Below, piece by piece: positions 25,238-37,667 of a stretch of 64,000 bases of DNA. The DNA is taken from positions 434,001 through 498,000 of the forward strand of contig NW_026250409.1 of assembly GCF_024521635.1 (NCBI RefSeq), given 5' to 3'. The first letter of the stretch is position 1. Every line of letters begins with the position of its first letter. Below the pieces are notes generated by a model. The model did not search any database, was not told the DNA's origin, and saw only the letters and a list, made by a program, of their open reading frames with translations. The position numbers and the translations under genes were made by a program. This stretch comes from Tricharina praecox. Taxonomy: Eukaryota.

Positions 25238-28200
25238 TCATCTCGGACCCCTAAAAACACCTGGAAGCGAACCCGGCCTAAACTGCAAGCCAAATCTATT
25301 GAAACCTGGAGGGTGTGTCGGATTCGGTCCATTCGAGCCATTCGGGGCATTCGGGGCATTCGAGCCATTCAGGCCTGGGCGGTTTAGGCGGCCTGACGCC
25401 AGCGATGCTGGCATTGGCATTCGACTAGACACTGGCGTGCGCATTCGAGCGACGGGAGCAGAAGTCGGCACAGTCGGCACTGCCATTCGAGCCACGGGAG
25501 CGGGTGTCGCGGGGAATGGATTGGCCATAGACATCTGGTTTCCGAACATGGGCAACGTCGGCGGTGGGGCGACACTCTGCTGCAATAGCGAGTTGCGCGC
25601 CTCCTGCTCACGCGCCTCCTGCTCACTCTTGAGGATGGCGTCGGCCTCCTGGAGCTCTTCGGGGGTGAGAGTATCGTCGTTGTCCGGCCGGAAAGTCTCG
25701 GTATATGCAATGTCATACACGTACCCCTCCTCCTTGATCATACGATCGAGCACCAGATCCTTTCCCTCAAACTCTCGTAGATCCTGCTTCAAAACTTCAG
25801 CCGGAGGGCGGAAATGCTCCTTTCCTTTGCGAAAGGCTTCTCGCATTGGCGCCTTCATGTCCACGACACGGCTCTGGAGCTGCGCCTTGTACTGTGACGT
25901 ATTCCAAAGGGAGTCCTCAAAGGTTCCACCGGCGCGGAAGCGATAAACGTACACATGTCTCTTCTGGCCAAGACGGTAAGCCCTTCCAACAGCTTGTTGT
26001 TCCCACATCGGTGTCCACTTGTAGTCGAAAATTATCACTCTGTTGGCGCCTGGGAGATTGAGGCCCAATCCTCCAGCCTGTGTTGAGATCAGGAAAACGT
26101 CGCAGCCACCAGCATTGAAATCTTTCGTCGCTTTCTGACGAGTGCCCATCGCAGTCTTGCCATCCAGCCGGGACCAGCTCAGGTTCTTGCCGTTCACCTT
26201 GGTATTAGTGACAACCGACTCGAGAAGATCCAGCGTAGGGATTGAGTGACTAAAGACAAGAACTTTATCACCAAGGGCGATCGAATACAGCAGAATTTCA
26301 CTACCGTTCAGTTAGCCAGCAGAACTATCACACACAACCCGAGAGACCGGGCTCGTAGTAAACGTAGACCTGCAGCGAACGCTAAGTCGAAGCCTGTCGC
26401 CGAGAGTACGACCGTCGTGGCTGTCCTAGAAAGACAGCTCTCCCAGGTAGGTTCTCTCTTCCTGGCGCCAGACACGGCTCCACATTCGCTGCGAGTCAAG
26501 TTTCACGATAAGGGATAAGGGATATATAATTACCGAAAAGCAAGTAGCTTATAGCTGTGGTCGATTTTGCTACCAACCATCTCATCAAGCATCGGGCGCG
26601 CCCAAGCAATTACTTTGCCGGGGTCGCCGACAGCTACGATTTTACCGTCGATTTTGTCGTCAACCGGCATGTCATCATCCTCCTCCTGCTGCTCCGCCGG
26701 CGGAAGTGCTTTTTTATTAAGCCTCAGTTTCACCATATCATCTTCCAACTTGGGTTTTTCCCGTTCCTCTAAGCACTTAACGAACAGTATCGGGTGGCTG
26801 CATATCAACGACAACAGGTGGATGACGTCGAAAAAACCCGCCGAACTCGACACCAAATTTCGATCAGCCACGAATCGGGAATACATCTTCGTTTGCAGCT
26901 CAGTTAGAGGAAGAGACAGCATGAACTCGGTCTTTAGTGGCATTTCCGACATGATGACGTCGATGTCGGCTCTGCTGATCAGTGGAGCCAGATCCGACTT
27001 CAAGACCTGCAACAGTTTGAGACTGTGCCGTTTCTCCCCGCGAGTACTGTCGCAGTACAACCCATCCATGATTGGAACCATGAATTTATGTTTGAAGTCG
27101 TATTCCTTCCCAAGGTAGCCAGGGTGGATCCACTGTATCATTGCATAATACTCCGACAGGTGGTTCGAAATCGGGGATCCCGTCATCGCTATCCTGCTCT
27201 TGGACGTAAACAAGTTGGCAGCCTGGTTGAGCTGAGAGTTCTTGTTCTTGAGACAATGAGCCTCATCGGCGACAATGATATTCGGACCTTTGAGTAGAAT
27301 ATCGCAGATAGTACTATTCTTAGAGATGTAATCTCGAAACATGGAGTATCCTATGAGGAGGACCCCGCCATCTCGATCCCACTCCCCTAGAGACTTCAAT
27401 CTCTCGGGTGGGGATACCGCCGTTGTGATACAGTAAATCTTTCCAATGAACTCTTCGCGCAACTTTGACGGGGGGCCTTCGTCGTATGGGAGCCAGTTGT
27501 TGAACTCATCCACCCAATTATCGATTAATGTAGGGGGGCACATGATGAGAGTTTTGGATTTCTGGAGCTCCTTAGGAATCTGATCGCGCTTGTCCTCAGA
27601 TGCTCCAGCCTCAGCGAGAGTGTAGAGAAACGTAATCCTACGCAGAACATTAGAGCTCGTAATGAGTGGCAGTTAAGACGGCAGGCTCGGATCGAACCGA
27701 CTCATATCCATCGTCTCTACCGATAATAAACAAGACGAGGTGTCAACTTACACCTGCAGAGTCTTTCCCAATCCCATCGTATGTGCCAAAAGCGCGCCTG
27801 TTGGCTTTCCTGTCTTCAGTCCGGCCTCCACCATGGTAGTCCACAAGAATTGAATTCCCTTAACCTGATGTGGTTTGAGATGTTGGGCGATGTCTTTACG
27901 GACATCGATATCCCGGAATTTTTTCAAGTGTCCGAAGTTGATGGTCACTTTTCCGTTGTTGATGGCACCCCCCTTCGTCAGTGCCTGTCGCCTCCTTGCG
28001 AGATTCTTGTGGACAGAGTGGAGTTCAAGCTGAGTTTGAGTTGCAACTTTGTCCTCCACCAGTTCCTTGCGCCTACGAATCTGGCGGGTACTAGCGGGAA
28101 TATCCTTGTTATTCTCACTATCGTCCATGTTGTCGACGTCTAGGCGGCGCTTGTGACCGCGCCCTCGAGGGCCGACGGGAACATTGTCGTCTCTGTCTAT

Positions 28201-31098
28201 GTCCATCTTATCAAGGGGTGTATCCGCTTGTTTCGGATGACGCTCCGACGAACCAGGTCCTTTGTCGTTAGGAATTTTCAAGATCGTTTCCAAGATCCGA
28301 TCGAGATCCTGAATGAACTTCGTAAACGTCTTTATTTTCCCTAGATCATTTTTCTTGTCCGTCGTAAGCTTTTGATCTCCCTTAGCTTCTGGATCGCAGA
28401 ACCGCCATGCGATGTATAAGCGGCACACAGCTTTCCGAAGGAACATTTCGTGCTCAATTCCGGGTGTCGTTTGTCGGAGCCCCCTCAAGCAGAAGTTTAT
28501 TTCTCGAAACCACCCTTCGAAGTTGGTGGCCTTCAGCTCATCTAGCCTCATTTTCAATTGCCAGTTGAGCGTAACATCACCAGTAACGCAGAGCTCACGG
28601 AGCAAATTATAGTGGGGATCACCGGCGGGCGTTCCCGGCGAAGAAAGCAAATCCCGCAGTCGTTGATTCCGGGCCGCGTTGCCTTGGGGGGATGTCCTGC
28701 GCGATTCAGTGGGCTTCGATGCAACAGCGGGTATTGCATGCTTGGGGTCTTGTTCGGGGCCTGGACTTGGACTAGGCGTCGTTAGATCGATGAAAGTCCT
28801 GTGCCGCTGTGGAGACGAGCTGCCACGGGGCGCGTAAGAGCTGGCAAGCGGCGCTACGTTCTTGGGATTGGCCCTCTCGGTCGCCGTCTCGTCCTTATTT
28901 GGGTCGCTATCCTCCATGTCCGTGTCTGCACAATTGGGTGTGGGGGGTCGACGGCGGCGTTGACTCACAATACCATCGTCATCTTCATCGTAGTCGAGGT
29001 CGAGATCAAGGAGGTCGTGATCGGCCCCGATAGGTATGATTTCTTCATCTTCCACAATGAAATCATCCATTGGGTCTTCATCACTGGGGCTTTCCGCATT
29101 GGTATCCGAATCGCTGCCAAGGGAACCGGCTCCGTCCTCATCATCCGGATTTCTGTCAGGGGATCTAGGAGATTCGTCTCCATTCTCATCACTGGAACTT
29201 CTATCAGTCATCTTGCCGTCTCTCTGACTAACTTTCCTACCCGCGGGCAGTGGCCTAGCCGGTACATCTGGGCGCCTCATCACCGCCATTTTCCACCTGG
29301 TATATTCTATCTCCTCGACGGTGACTTGTAGGTTTCCCTTTATAACTTTACGCGCACAGTCCTTGTTGGGGTAGCCGGCATTCAAAAACGCGGGCCACAT
29401 CTTAAAAATGCGGGATTCCAGTTTGTCTATGCGATCATTTGCTTCGCGAATTTCCCGCTCCCGCTCTAAGCACTTGGACCACTTTGCATCCCTCCATATG
29501 TGGTACGCCTTCTCGGCCTCGAGCACGGGCAGCTTGGTGAGCTTCCATTGACGAATGAGTTCCTGGATGGCCTCATCGACCACATCCTGCAATTCTCCCT
29601 CCTGAAGAGCTGCGACAGAACGACGTTTGGACACTACCCCCTCCTTTGGCCCTCTTTCGGCCTCCATCTCCTTCCAAACATCCATATCGTATTCGCCCTC
29701 ATCTCCAGATTCGCCCCATGGGGGCACATCGTCATCAGCACCATCGATGTTCAGCCATTTCGCGAGGTAGTTAAATTCTCGGTTGCCGTTAGGGTCCAAC
29801 TTCGGATCAACTCCATTATCGGCGTGCCGAACGATCTGGACCGAGGTGGCCCCTGCATGCTGGATCGGACCGGAAGGCCAACGCAGAGAGAGAGACTCAG
29901 AGTTTTCGCGATGGACTCGAACGTGACTCGGCGACTCGACATCAAATACTGTGAAGGACTGTTGTTCGTGCTTCCTCAGGTAGGCCTCGCCATTATAATG
30001 TTTAATGGCTATCCGTAAATGATCTTTGTGCTGAGTCCGTATAAACTCCGTACTGGCAGCTCTAGTAGCGAAGCCCAAATCCCAATTCTCAATGATCAAG
30101 CCGTTGACCTTCAGCAAATGACGGATGCAGCGGTTAGCATACAATTCCATGCCCGGGTGTTGCTGTTGGTCACGTGAGATGACAAATTCATCTTCCTCCT
30201 GGTCCACGTCGATATCCGTCCCAACATCATCGGTGTACAGCAGGGTGTCTATCCTCTCCGCCTTTAGCGGCAAAAAGCGCTTGCGCATTGCACCTGCTGG
30301 CCTTGCCGCTTGAGTCGGTGACGCTGTCTTGGGGGGCGAGACACTCCTCTCAACAACCGGTTGAACTGGGTCCACCAAGACCGGTTGGATGCGTTTTAGC
30401 CCGGTGCGCTGCTCGACGAGTGGTGCTGCTGGCGCCGGCGGTGGAGACGGTGGTGGTTGTGGTGGATGTGCAGTCTCTCCGCCGGGAGCATCGGACATCT
30501 CCTCGTCGCCGATATGATTGGCAGAGCTAACCTCCTCCATGGCGTCCTCAGTCTCGACAACCATGTGATCATCTCCGCTGCCTGCCGACGGATTATCCAT
30601 TCGTGTCGCCTGCACAAAAATCTTCTGCCCCTGCCACTCCACCATCCTCATGACTCCCATTGATTCGTCACGTACGGCAGCCCACGGAGCCATCGCGTCC
30701 ATTCTAACCACCGGCGAAAAATCTTCGAGATTCCAGTCCGGCGCCAGCTTCAAAGGCTCATCATGACTTGGCTTCGGTTCGAAGCCATAGATGCGCTGTG
30801 CTGTGGAAAGCTCGTGACCCATTCTCTCCTCCTCGTACTGAGAGAACTTGTAACTGCGTCTCTTCAGCTGCGTAACAATCTCCATGATCCTCCCCCGAGG
30901 GTTGAGAGATGTGATTCCGAGATCGGTCTTCAAGTTCTCGAGGGTGACTGTGAACAAGAGAGTGCGACCGTCGACATCGTGTGCGCGCAGGGTGGCCTTG
31001 TCTTCGCCTCGCAGGTGTTCTGATAGAACCGAGATTACCTGCTCGGTCGTCCAGTCCACTGGGTCCACGTCGAATGAGTCGCGACGGGCGACCGACAT
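25238..31098 (-). CDS. SNF2-family (ATRX/ARIP4-like) chromatin-remodelling ATPase with an N-terminal SAM-like domain (3 exons)
   Basis: HLKPHQVKGIQFLW, LAHTMGLGKTLQV, DEAH, MTGSP, ISTQAGGLGLNL, QAVGRAYRLGQ. N-terminus DPVDWTTEQV..HDVDGRTLL..LKTDLGI is SAM-like. Introns 27751-27638 and 26533-26301 restore the frame. Confidence 0.92.
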
Positions 31099-32242
31099 TT
31101 TGGATCGTTGCTGGTATCAGTGAATGTAGTGATGGGGGTGGTGATGGTGGTGGTGTAGTAGGGTATCTGCGGTGGCGGTGGTGGTTCTTCTGAATGTCGG
31201 CGTGGGCGTGTAGTAGAAGGGATCAAAGTACTGTTGAAGTGGTGGAGGGTATCAAGAATTAGGTGAAACAAAGTAAGGAAGGAAGCTGTCAAGTGAGTGG
31301 TGGGGCAAAGGAGAGGGTCGAGGGAATTCGCGTCTTACGCGAGTGAACTATTAGGGTTAACAGAAAGTCACGACTCGCTAACTAGTGGGCATAGTCCATC
31401 CTAGAAACGATCTGATTGACGGAGATATCCAACAGTATAAGCGCAATGCTGATCCCAATATAGACTAGCTTACTTTGTACAAGTTAAACGCGCGCCTAAC
31501 TGCCGGACTGCCGAACTTGCTGTTTCACACCTTAGCGAAATCCGATCGTTTAGCGCTTTTCATTGGACAGTGTACTTCTCTCTCGCGGGCAGGCGAGACG
31601 CCGATTAGCTAGTCTCGCGGCGGTGGCTCTCTTTGTTGTGGACGTCGTGATCTACTTAGGTCTATAGACACGTCAATAAAATGATTTCCCCCCGATCGTT
31701 TAGGGCTCAACTCGGGACAGGCCGCGACACATTTCCTGGCTACAATGATCGGCTAGGTGTATATAATGACCCCTGTTTGCTGGCGACAGATGCCCAATGA
31801 TCGAGTGACGATCCATGAGAAGATGCTCACCAATATCACTGCTGGGACCACTGTTCTGCCCTAGCGGGAGGCAAACATTCCGTCTGTTCTATCCTACCTA
31901 TGGTATTGTCAAACATCACCTCTAGTCCCTATACTCTTCCCCCACGGGTTTGGAATTTGAAGCAAACCGCATATTGAAGCCTCAAGGTCGTAAAGAAGTG
32001 AAGATGAAATTATTAACACTAACAAAGTAAAGTACGCAAGTAAAGTGCAGGTAAGAACATAACTATGATACACTACTTGAACCAAACACCCTCCAATCCA
32101 CCCAATGACACCTGCCAGACGAAACTCCATCACTAAACAAACATCCCACAAGTTATGAAAAAGAAGAGAAGACAAACGCTGGAATACATCACACTGACAA
32201 AAGCAATGATAGCCCACACACACACAAACACGGTTCTCAGTA

Positions 32243-33419
32243 TTACGTGAACTGGCCATTCACCATTAGCGCCGGTGGTCGCTCGATCGGACTGAGACCC
32301 TCAAAGTGTAGTTTCTTCATCCGTTGCTCTTCGTCGGTCATCCCACGTTGACGCTGGTCGGAATCTTGGTCTTCGTCGCTGGACTCACTTTCGTCATCTG
32401 TGGTCAAGATTCCGGGGTCGGGTATTTGAATGTCCAGCTACAACCAAATCATCAATAGCATACTCGGGCATTGGGATGGAGTCGGCTATTACCTTCAGAA
32501 ACCCCGTTCTCCTCAAGGGAATGAATTTAGCGCCACCTTCCTTCTCGAGCTCCTCGTTGACCCTCTCCAGATACCGCTCAACATTTTCAATCCTGCGCTT
32601 CGCCTTGGTATCCACAATATCTTCATACATCCACAGCGTAAGCATCCCAACTACGCCCTCCATGATATTGGCACGGCTCCACGGGGTATGCGCCTCGTAC
32701 AGCTCGTCATTAACCCGCTTGATGACCTCTCGAAACCTAACCTCGCTCACGAAAGGCTCCAATATCTCAGGATAGACGTAGCTAAAGGCCGGCGAGAGAT
32801 CGCCAGAGTACATGTAATCCCTCCCAATGCGAATGATCCGCGTAGTCTCGTATTCCTTCGAGTCCGGCGGCACATGCGGATTTCGGTGGGGAAAGCAAGG
32901 ATGCCTCGAGTTCCACTCATTCCCATCGTCGTTGTCTTGCTCGTCGCCGCCCGCGACGGAGGAATGTTGAAGTGACGAATGCGACAGGTTTGACAGCGGT
33001 ACGCCCGGATGGTGGCCAGCTTCCAAATCGACGTCCTGAGCCAACTCTCCCGATCCGCGATCGAGCCATGTATGGTTCTGCTGCGGGTGTAGCTGCAGGT
33101 GTTGTTGGCGTTGCTGGTGTTGCTGGTGTTGCTGGTGTTGTTGTTGTCCATCCTGTTGTCCCTGAAACGGCAGCTTCATTTTCGACTCAAGGCTGTTTTG
33201 AGTCGCAGATGGCGACACGCCATCGACGGACAATCGCCGCGGACCCATCGTTTGTAGAGAAGGGGCGATCCGCGGCCCTTCGATCACTAGGACTGTGCTA
33301 TCGCGTTTGCCAGCGACGAGACCTTCCGAGGATGTCGAGAAATTGCCGCTGTGGCGGTTGAACGGGTGCGACTGTCGGCGTTGGCTGGCGGTCGTCGAGC
33401 GCGATCGGAGAAGGGTCAA
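32243..33419 (-). CDS. ERF4: Erf4/Golgin-A7 family Ras palmitoyltransferase subunit (2 exons; start uncertain)
   Basis: HPCFPHRNPHVP..TTRIIRIGRDY..P.FS.VYPEIL..FREVIKRVN..IPLRRTGFLK|LDIQIPDP. Intron 32492-32438. The first in-frame ATG is at 33248; the listed 5' end is the ORF-track TTG. Confidence 0.8.
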
Positions 33420-33779
33420 CCTCAGCGGGTGGTGCGATGAGGGTGGGTGGGAGGTTGGTGACGCCGTGGTGGAGGAGGGAGGCTGCGGGGGCGCACCACC
33501 GGATGGGTATATGTAAGCTGGTGAAGTTTGGTTGGTTGGATGATTGTGTATAACTGCCTGCTGCGCTCGAGATGGTCAGGGGGTTACGAGGAAGGCGGCC
33601 AACCAACCAACCAGCCAACCAGCTCGCTCGGCGGCGACACAGCGGATGCGGCTTGGCGTGACGCCAACCACAACTCGGCTGGCTGGCTGGCAGCTTTAGA
33701 TACGGCCTTCAATTCAACTCTCACAACAACAAACCCGCCTTACGAACCCCACCACCTCTCTCTACATATTCACAGCAAG

Positions 33780-34503
33780 ATGGGTTACAACTACTACACA
33801 GGGCTGACGACGGTGACTCTCGCCGTCGTAGTTGTCGGAGCCTGTATGTCGCGTCATCGCCCCTTAGACCAGCCTCCAGCCAGACAGCTAATGGATCGGG
33901 AACAGATATGCTCTTCAACGACGAAGGCGAGGACTTCAACGTCGGACGGTTCCTCGAGGAAACATCACCGTACACGTGGGCGACACTGGGAATCGCATTA
34001 TGTATTGGCCTCTCGGTCGCCGGCGCTGCATGGGGAATCTTCGTGACCGGCTCGTCCATCATCGGCGGAGGAGTACGCGCGCCTCGCATCAGGACGAAGA
34101 ACTTGATCTCCATTATTTTCTGTGAAGTTGTGGCCATCTACGGTGTCATCATGAGTGCGTCCCGTCGTTCCCCGTCCCACTCCACCCATCAGCTAACACT
34201 ACAATAGGCATCGTGTACTCAGCTAAGCTCGGCAACGTCTCCGGGGCGGATCTCTACGCGCCACAGAACTTCTACACGGGCTATGCGTTGTTCTGGGGAG
34301 GTCTCACGGTCGGAATGTGCAACATGGTGTGCGGTATCGCTGTGGGTATCACCGGCAGTTCCGCTGCCCTGGCCGACGCGAGTGATCCGGCGCTGTTCGT
34401 CAAGATCTTGATCATCGAGATCTTCGGGAGTGTGTTGGGCCTGTTCGGTCTCATCATTGGACTGCTGTTGGCGGGTAAGGCGGAAGACTTCAAGGCGTAC
34501 TAA
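33780..34503 (+). CDS. VMA16: V-ATPase proteolipid subunit c'' (3 exons)
   Basis: [46 protein letters not shown]. Introns 33844-33905 and 34155-34207. Confidence 0.96.
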
Positions 34504-34802
34504 GTGCGGAAATCGGGGTGGCTGGGACCGGAGAAGTGAGTGATCTCGATGCATGCGTGCTGGGGGGAGGAAGAGGGGGAGGGGAGAGAAGATAATCGCA
34601 CATGGTAATGGTGACGAGTAGGAAGGGGAATGTATGCCACGGTGCGGTTGGGCTTGCAGGCGTTACTATTGCTATTGCTGCTATGGTCTTTTGTGTATTA
34701 TGATTCCGGTTTGTTTCCTATGTCGCTGTCACTGTTTGCTTTGTGTATATCCAGAACTAGACGCAACCTTCTTCTCGCATCCATAGGCTAGTTATTCGTG
34801 CT

Positions 34803-35524
34803 CTAAAAGAACTTGACACCCATCTCGTCGCCAGTCCCGAACACTTGTGCCGACCCCCGCTTCACTAGTACCCCCAGGGCCTTCTTTAACACTGTCTCCT
34901 CTATCCCGTGGAACTCTGCCAGCCCAACCACTGTCAGCACTCCCCCTACAAACCACCCAGGGAAGAAACACACCTTGATCCAGCGTCAAATCGCCATGCG
35001 CGATTTCATACAGCGTAAGAACAGTGCCCTTCTGCCCCGTCGCATCGATCTGCGCATCCCATTAGCCCCTCCCACTCCAAACCTCGCCCTACCCGGCTCC
35101 CATGCACTCACCCAATCATATATAACATTCCCCCACTCTTCATGTCGTCTCCACAGCACGATGACGGTAGTCTTCTCCTTATCCGCCCACTCGGCGCCTC
35201 CCTCGGCCACCATGCCCTCAAGGACCTCCATAGCATCTTTAAGTTTCAGCTGGCGTCCGAGGGTAGCGTTACGGAACAGCTCCGTGTCGAGAGCGTCGGC
35301 TACGTGCAGCCGCCATAGTTTATGTGTGCGGCAGTACAGGTGGATAAACGAGATCCAGCCGGTGCGTTGCGCGGTCCAGGTTGCCGCGTTGGGCTGTGTG
35401 CGGGATGCGTGTTAGCTTGGTGCGAGACGGGAGATGAGGCGGCTTATCTAGTGAAGAAGGGAGGGAAGGAGTATAGTGGCGGGAAGATCGTGGTTGTGCT
35501 CGCGGGGCTCATGGCCGTCGACAT
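34803..35524 (-). CDS. VPS25: ESCRT-II subunit Vps25 (4 exons; intron 1 is AT-AC)
   Basis: Spliced product MSTAMSPAS..FPPLYSFPPFFTRQPN..W..I..YCR..LFRN..WRR.EEW..IYDWI..TG...TVLTLYEI..EFHG..L.KAL..L..G.AQVF..GVKFF. Introns 35447-35398 (AT-AC), 35111-35050 and 34973-34916. Confidence 0.93.
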
Positions 35525-35777
35525 CGTAAGTGTAGTGGGGAAGCTTGGTGGGTGCCTGGGAGCTACCTATGGGCGGATGTAACCGCACTAGATAGCAGGC
35601 GTGGCGCGCGTGGAGGATGCACGACTATCACTCTGCGCCAAACAAACGTAGTTTCACGAGATGGCAAGGAGAGATGGCACCACAGAGAAAATATATCGCA
35701 GCTCTATGCTAAAAATCGTCTCATATATTCGTACAAATCCCATGAAAGAAACCTCTTCACACCCTCTAATCCCACGT

Positions 35778-37325
35778 CTAATCGGTCAAGCAAACCCCAT
35801 CTACACATCCGAATCCTGCCGCGACACCGCCCTCTTCGCTCTCGTCGCTCTTCGTTCTAAGTAACCATCCCGCTTCCCTGTTCACCACCGGCTCACCTGT
35901 ATCCTGTCTAAAGAGTATAACACCATACACCCCCAACTCCCCAATCACGCCTCCCCTTACTATTTCACCGTTTCTAACAATCACGCCCTCCGCAGGCGGC
36001 GGCTGGATGAGCTCCATCAGGATATACCCACTCCACAGGTTCTCGTCCATACTTCTCAAGAAGTCTGGGATTTTCGCACGGTAGACATTGTTCCCGCCTC
36101 CCTCCCGCTGCGGCTTGAGGACATACTTCTCGGGCTCCTCAAAAGCCAGTTTCCTTGCGCGCAGGCCCTCCGGGGACGTATCCAGGGGGAAGATAGAAGT
36201 GAACGTCTTTCGGAGCAGGTCCAGATGGCTGGGCTGGGCGACGAAGCGCTCGAGCACGCCCGGCACGGCGAGTTCCTGCTGGACCTTCTTTGCGCCAGCC
36301 AGTTGCATCGCGGTTGTGGGGCACTTTATTGCTGCGCTGCGCTCTAGGTGGAGGCGTGCATCCCACTCCAATTGCGTGGGATAGTCATCAGGCCCGTAGC
36401 CAGCGCGGAAATAGACTGTGGAGATCTCGACATCCTGTGCCAATGCCGTGGTGTAGATGAGACGCCTGCTGCCGGACTCCAGGCGCGTACGTGTGGGAAC
36501 TTCGGAGAGCGCGATGCGGTGGGTTTTGACGTTGTGGTTCTCGAGTAATGCGTATTCGAGCCAGCGCTGGTCGAAGGCGTTGCGTTCTCCTGGCTGCACG
36601 ATGAAGAGGATTCCTTTCTCCCTTCCCGATTTAGTAGGGCCGTAATATTCATCCGCCTTTGCTAGACCTGAGGCAAGTTCCGCCGCCGCAGGGTTGAGCG
36701 GGATGGACTCGAGTGAAAGCTGCGGGGTGGGAGGGTATGCCCCCGAGCGCACAAGGAACCGGTGGAGCTCTGAAACCCGCGACGCCAGTCCTCCGAACGA
36801 CGAGGCGATGGTGTTGAATTCCACTTGGTGGATAACCGGCTCATCCTCAGGCGTTGGACGGTGGAGCATGTAGTCGCTTCTGAAGAGTCCGAGACACCAC
36901 TCGTGCGCGAACCCTTCCTCCTTGGCCTTGATGTAGACGTCGAATAGCGCTTTCATGAAGGTGTCCACCGCCGCAAGACTGTGTTCCAGCTTTCTTTAGT
37001 GTTCCGGGAGAGACATGTAGCTGACAGCACAGGGAGGACGCACTCACTCTGTCACTACCTTTCCCAGCCACTCCGTATCGTTCGCTATCGCGGCGTAGAC
37101 ATAGTTATAGGCCTCCTGCACCCGACGGCCGTATTCGAAGCATTCCCGCGGGAAAAGCGAGGGGTATAGGGAGACCGGGGCGGCGGTTGAGAGGGCGTTG
37201 TTGGGATTTGCGGCGAAGGCAGGTGGTGGCCGTACGGTCAGGCCATGAGCGAGCGAGTAGTCGGTGAAGGCGGTCTGGAGGTGGGCCAGGGCTTCGGCGG
37301 TGGTTTCTGGTGGGTAATTGGCCAT
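35778..37325 (-). CDS. GSH2: Glutathione synthetase, eukaryotic type (2 exons)
   Basis: LGLFRSDYM, QVEFNTIASSFGGL, ERNAFDQR, YFRAGY, VLKPQREGGGNN, EGGVAAGFG. Intron 37047-36979. Confidence 0.97.
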
Positions 37326-37667
37326 TGCTGTGCTGTGCGTCTATCTCCGGCGTGGTATGTAACTGGAACTGTTACTTCTCTGCTTCGTCTTCTCTGGGGT
37401 TAAAGCTGTGACAATAAATACAATCACTAATGCGGGGGAGGGGTATTATACACTCCGCTGCTTAGAAATGTAATGGTGCAGGACAATTGAAACCCGGGGG
37501 CAGGGAACAGGGGTCAAAGCGAGAGCTCAACTCGAGTCTAACGTGCTTAGCTTTCTGGCAACAGACCCTCGCTCTCCTTCTCCCTTTCCTAGTTCGCCCA
37601 CAGCTCCCATTTGTCCCACAACACCACAAACAACTACCCAACTACTATTCCCACATCCTCCAGCACC

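Noticed and set aside
27683..27703. GGTTCGATCC, tRNA T-loop-like motif in SNF2 intron 1 (minus strand)
   Set aside because: No cloverleaf can be built around it.
31351..31359. TTAGGGTTA (minus strand TAACCCTAA), resembling a telomerase RNA template
   Set aside because: A single 9-mer ~250 bp upstream of the SNF2 start, with no room or structure for a telomerase RNA; more likely a promoter telobox or chance.
31542..31703. 12-bp direct repeat CCGATCGTTTAG 150 bp apart, plus a small hairpin
   Set aside because: Too short to support an ncRNA or element call; no snRNA, RNase P/MRP or SRP motif recognised.
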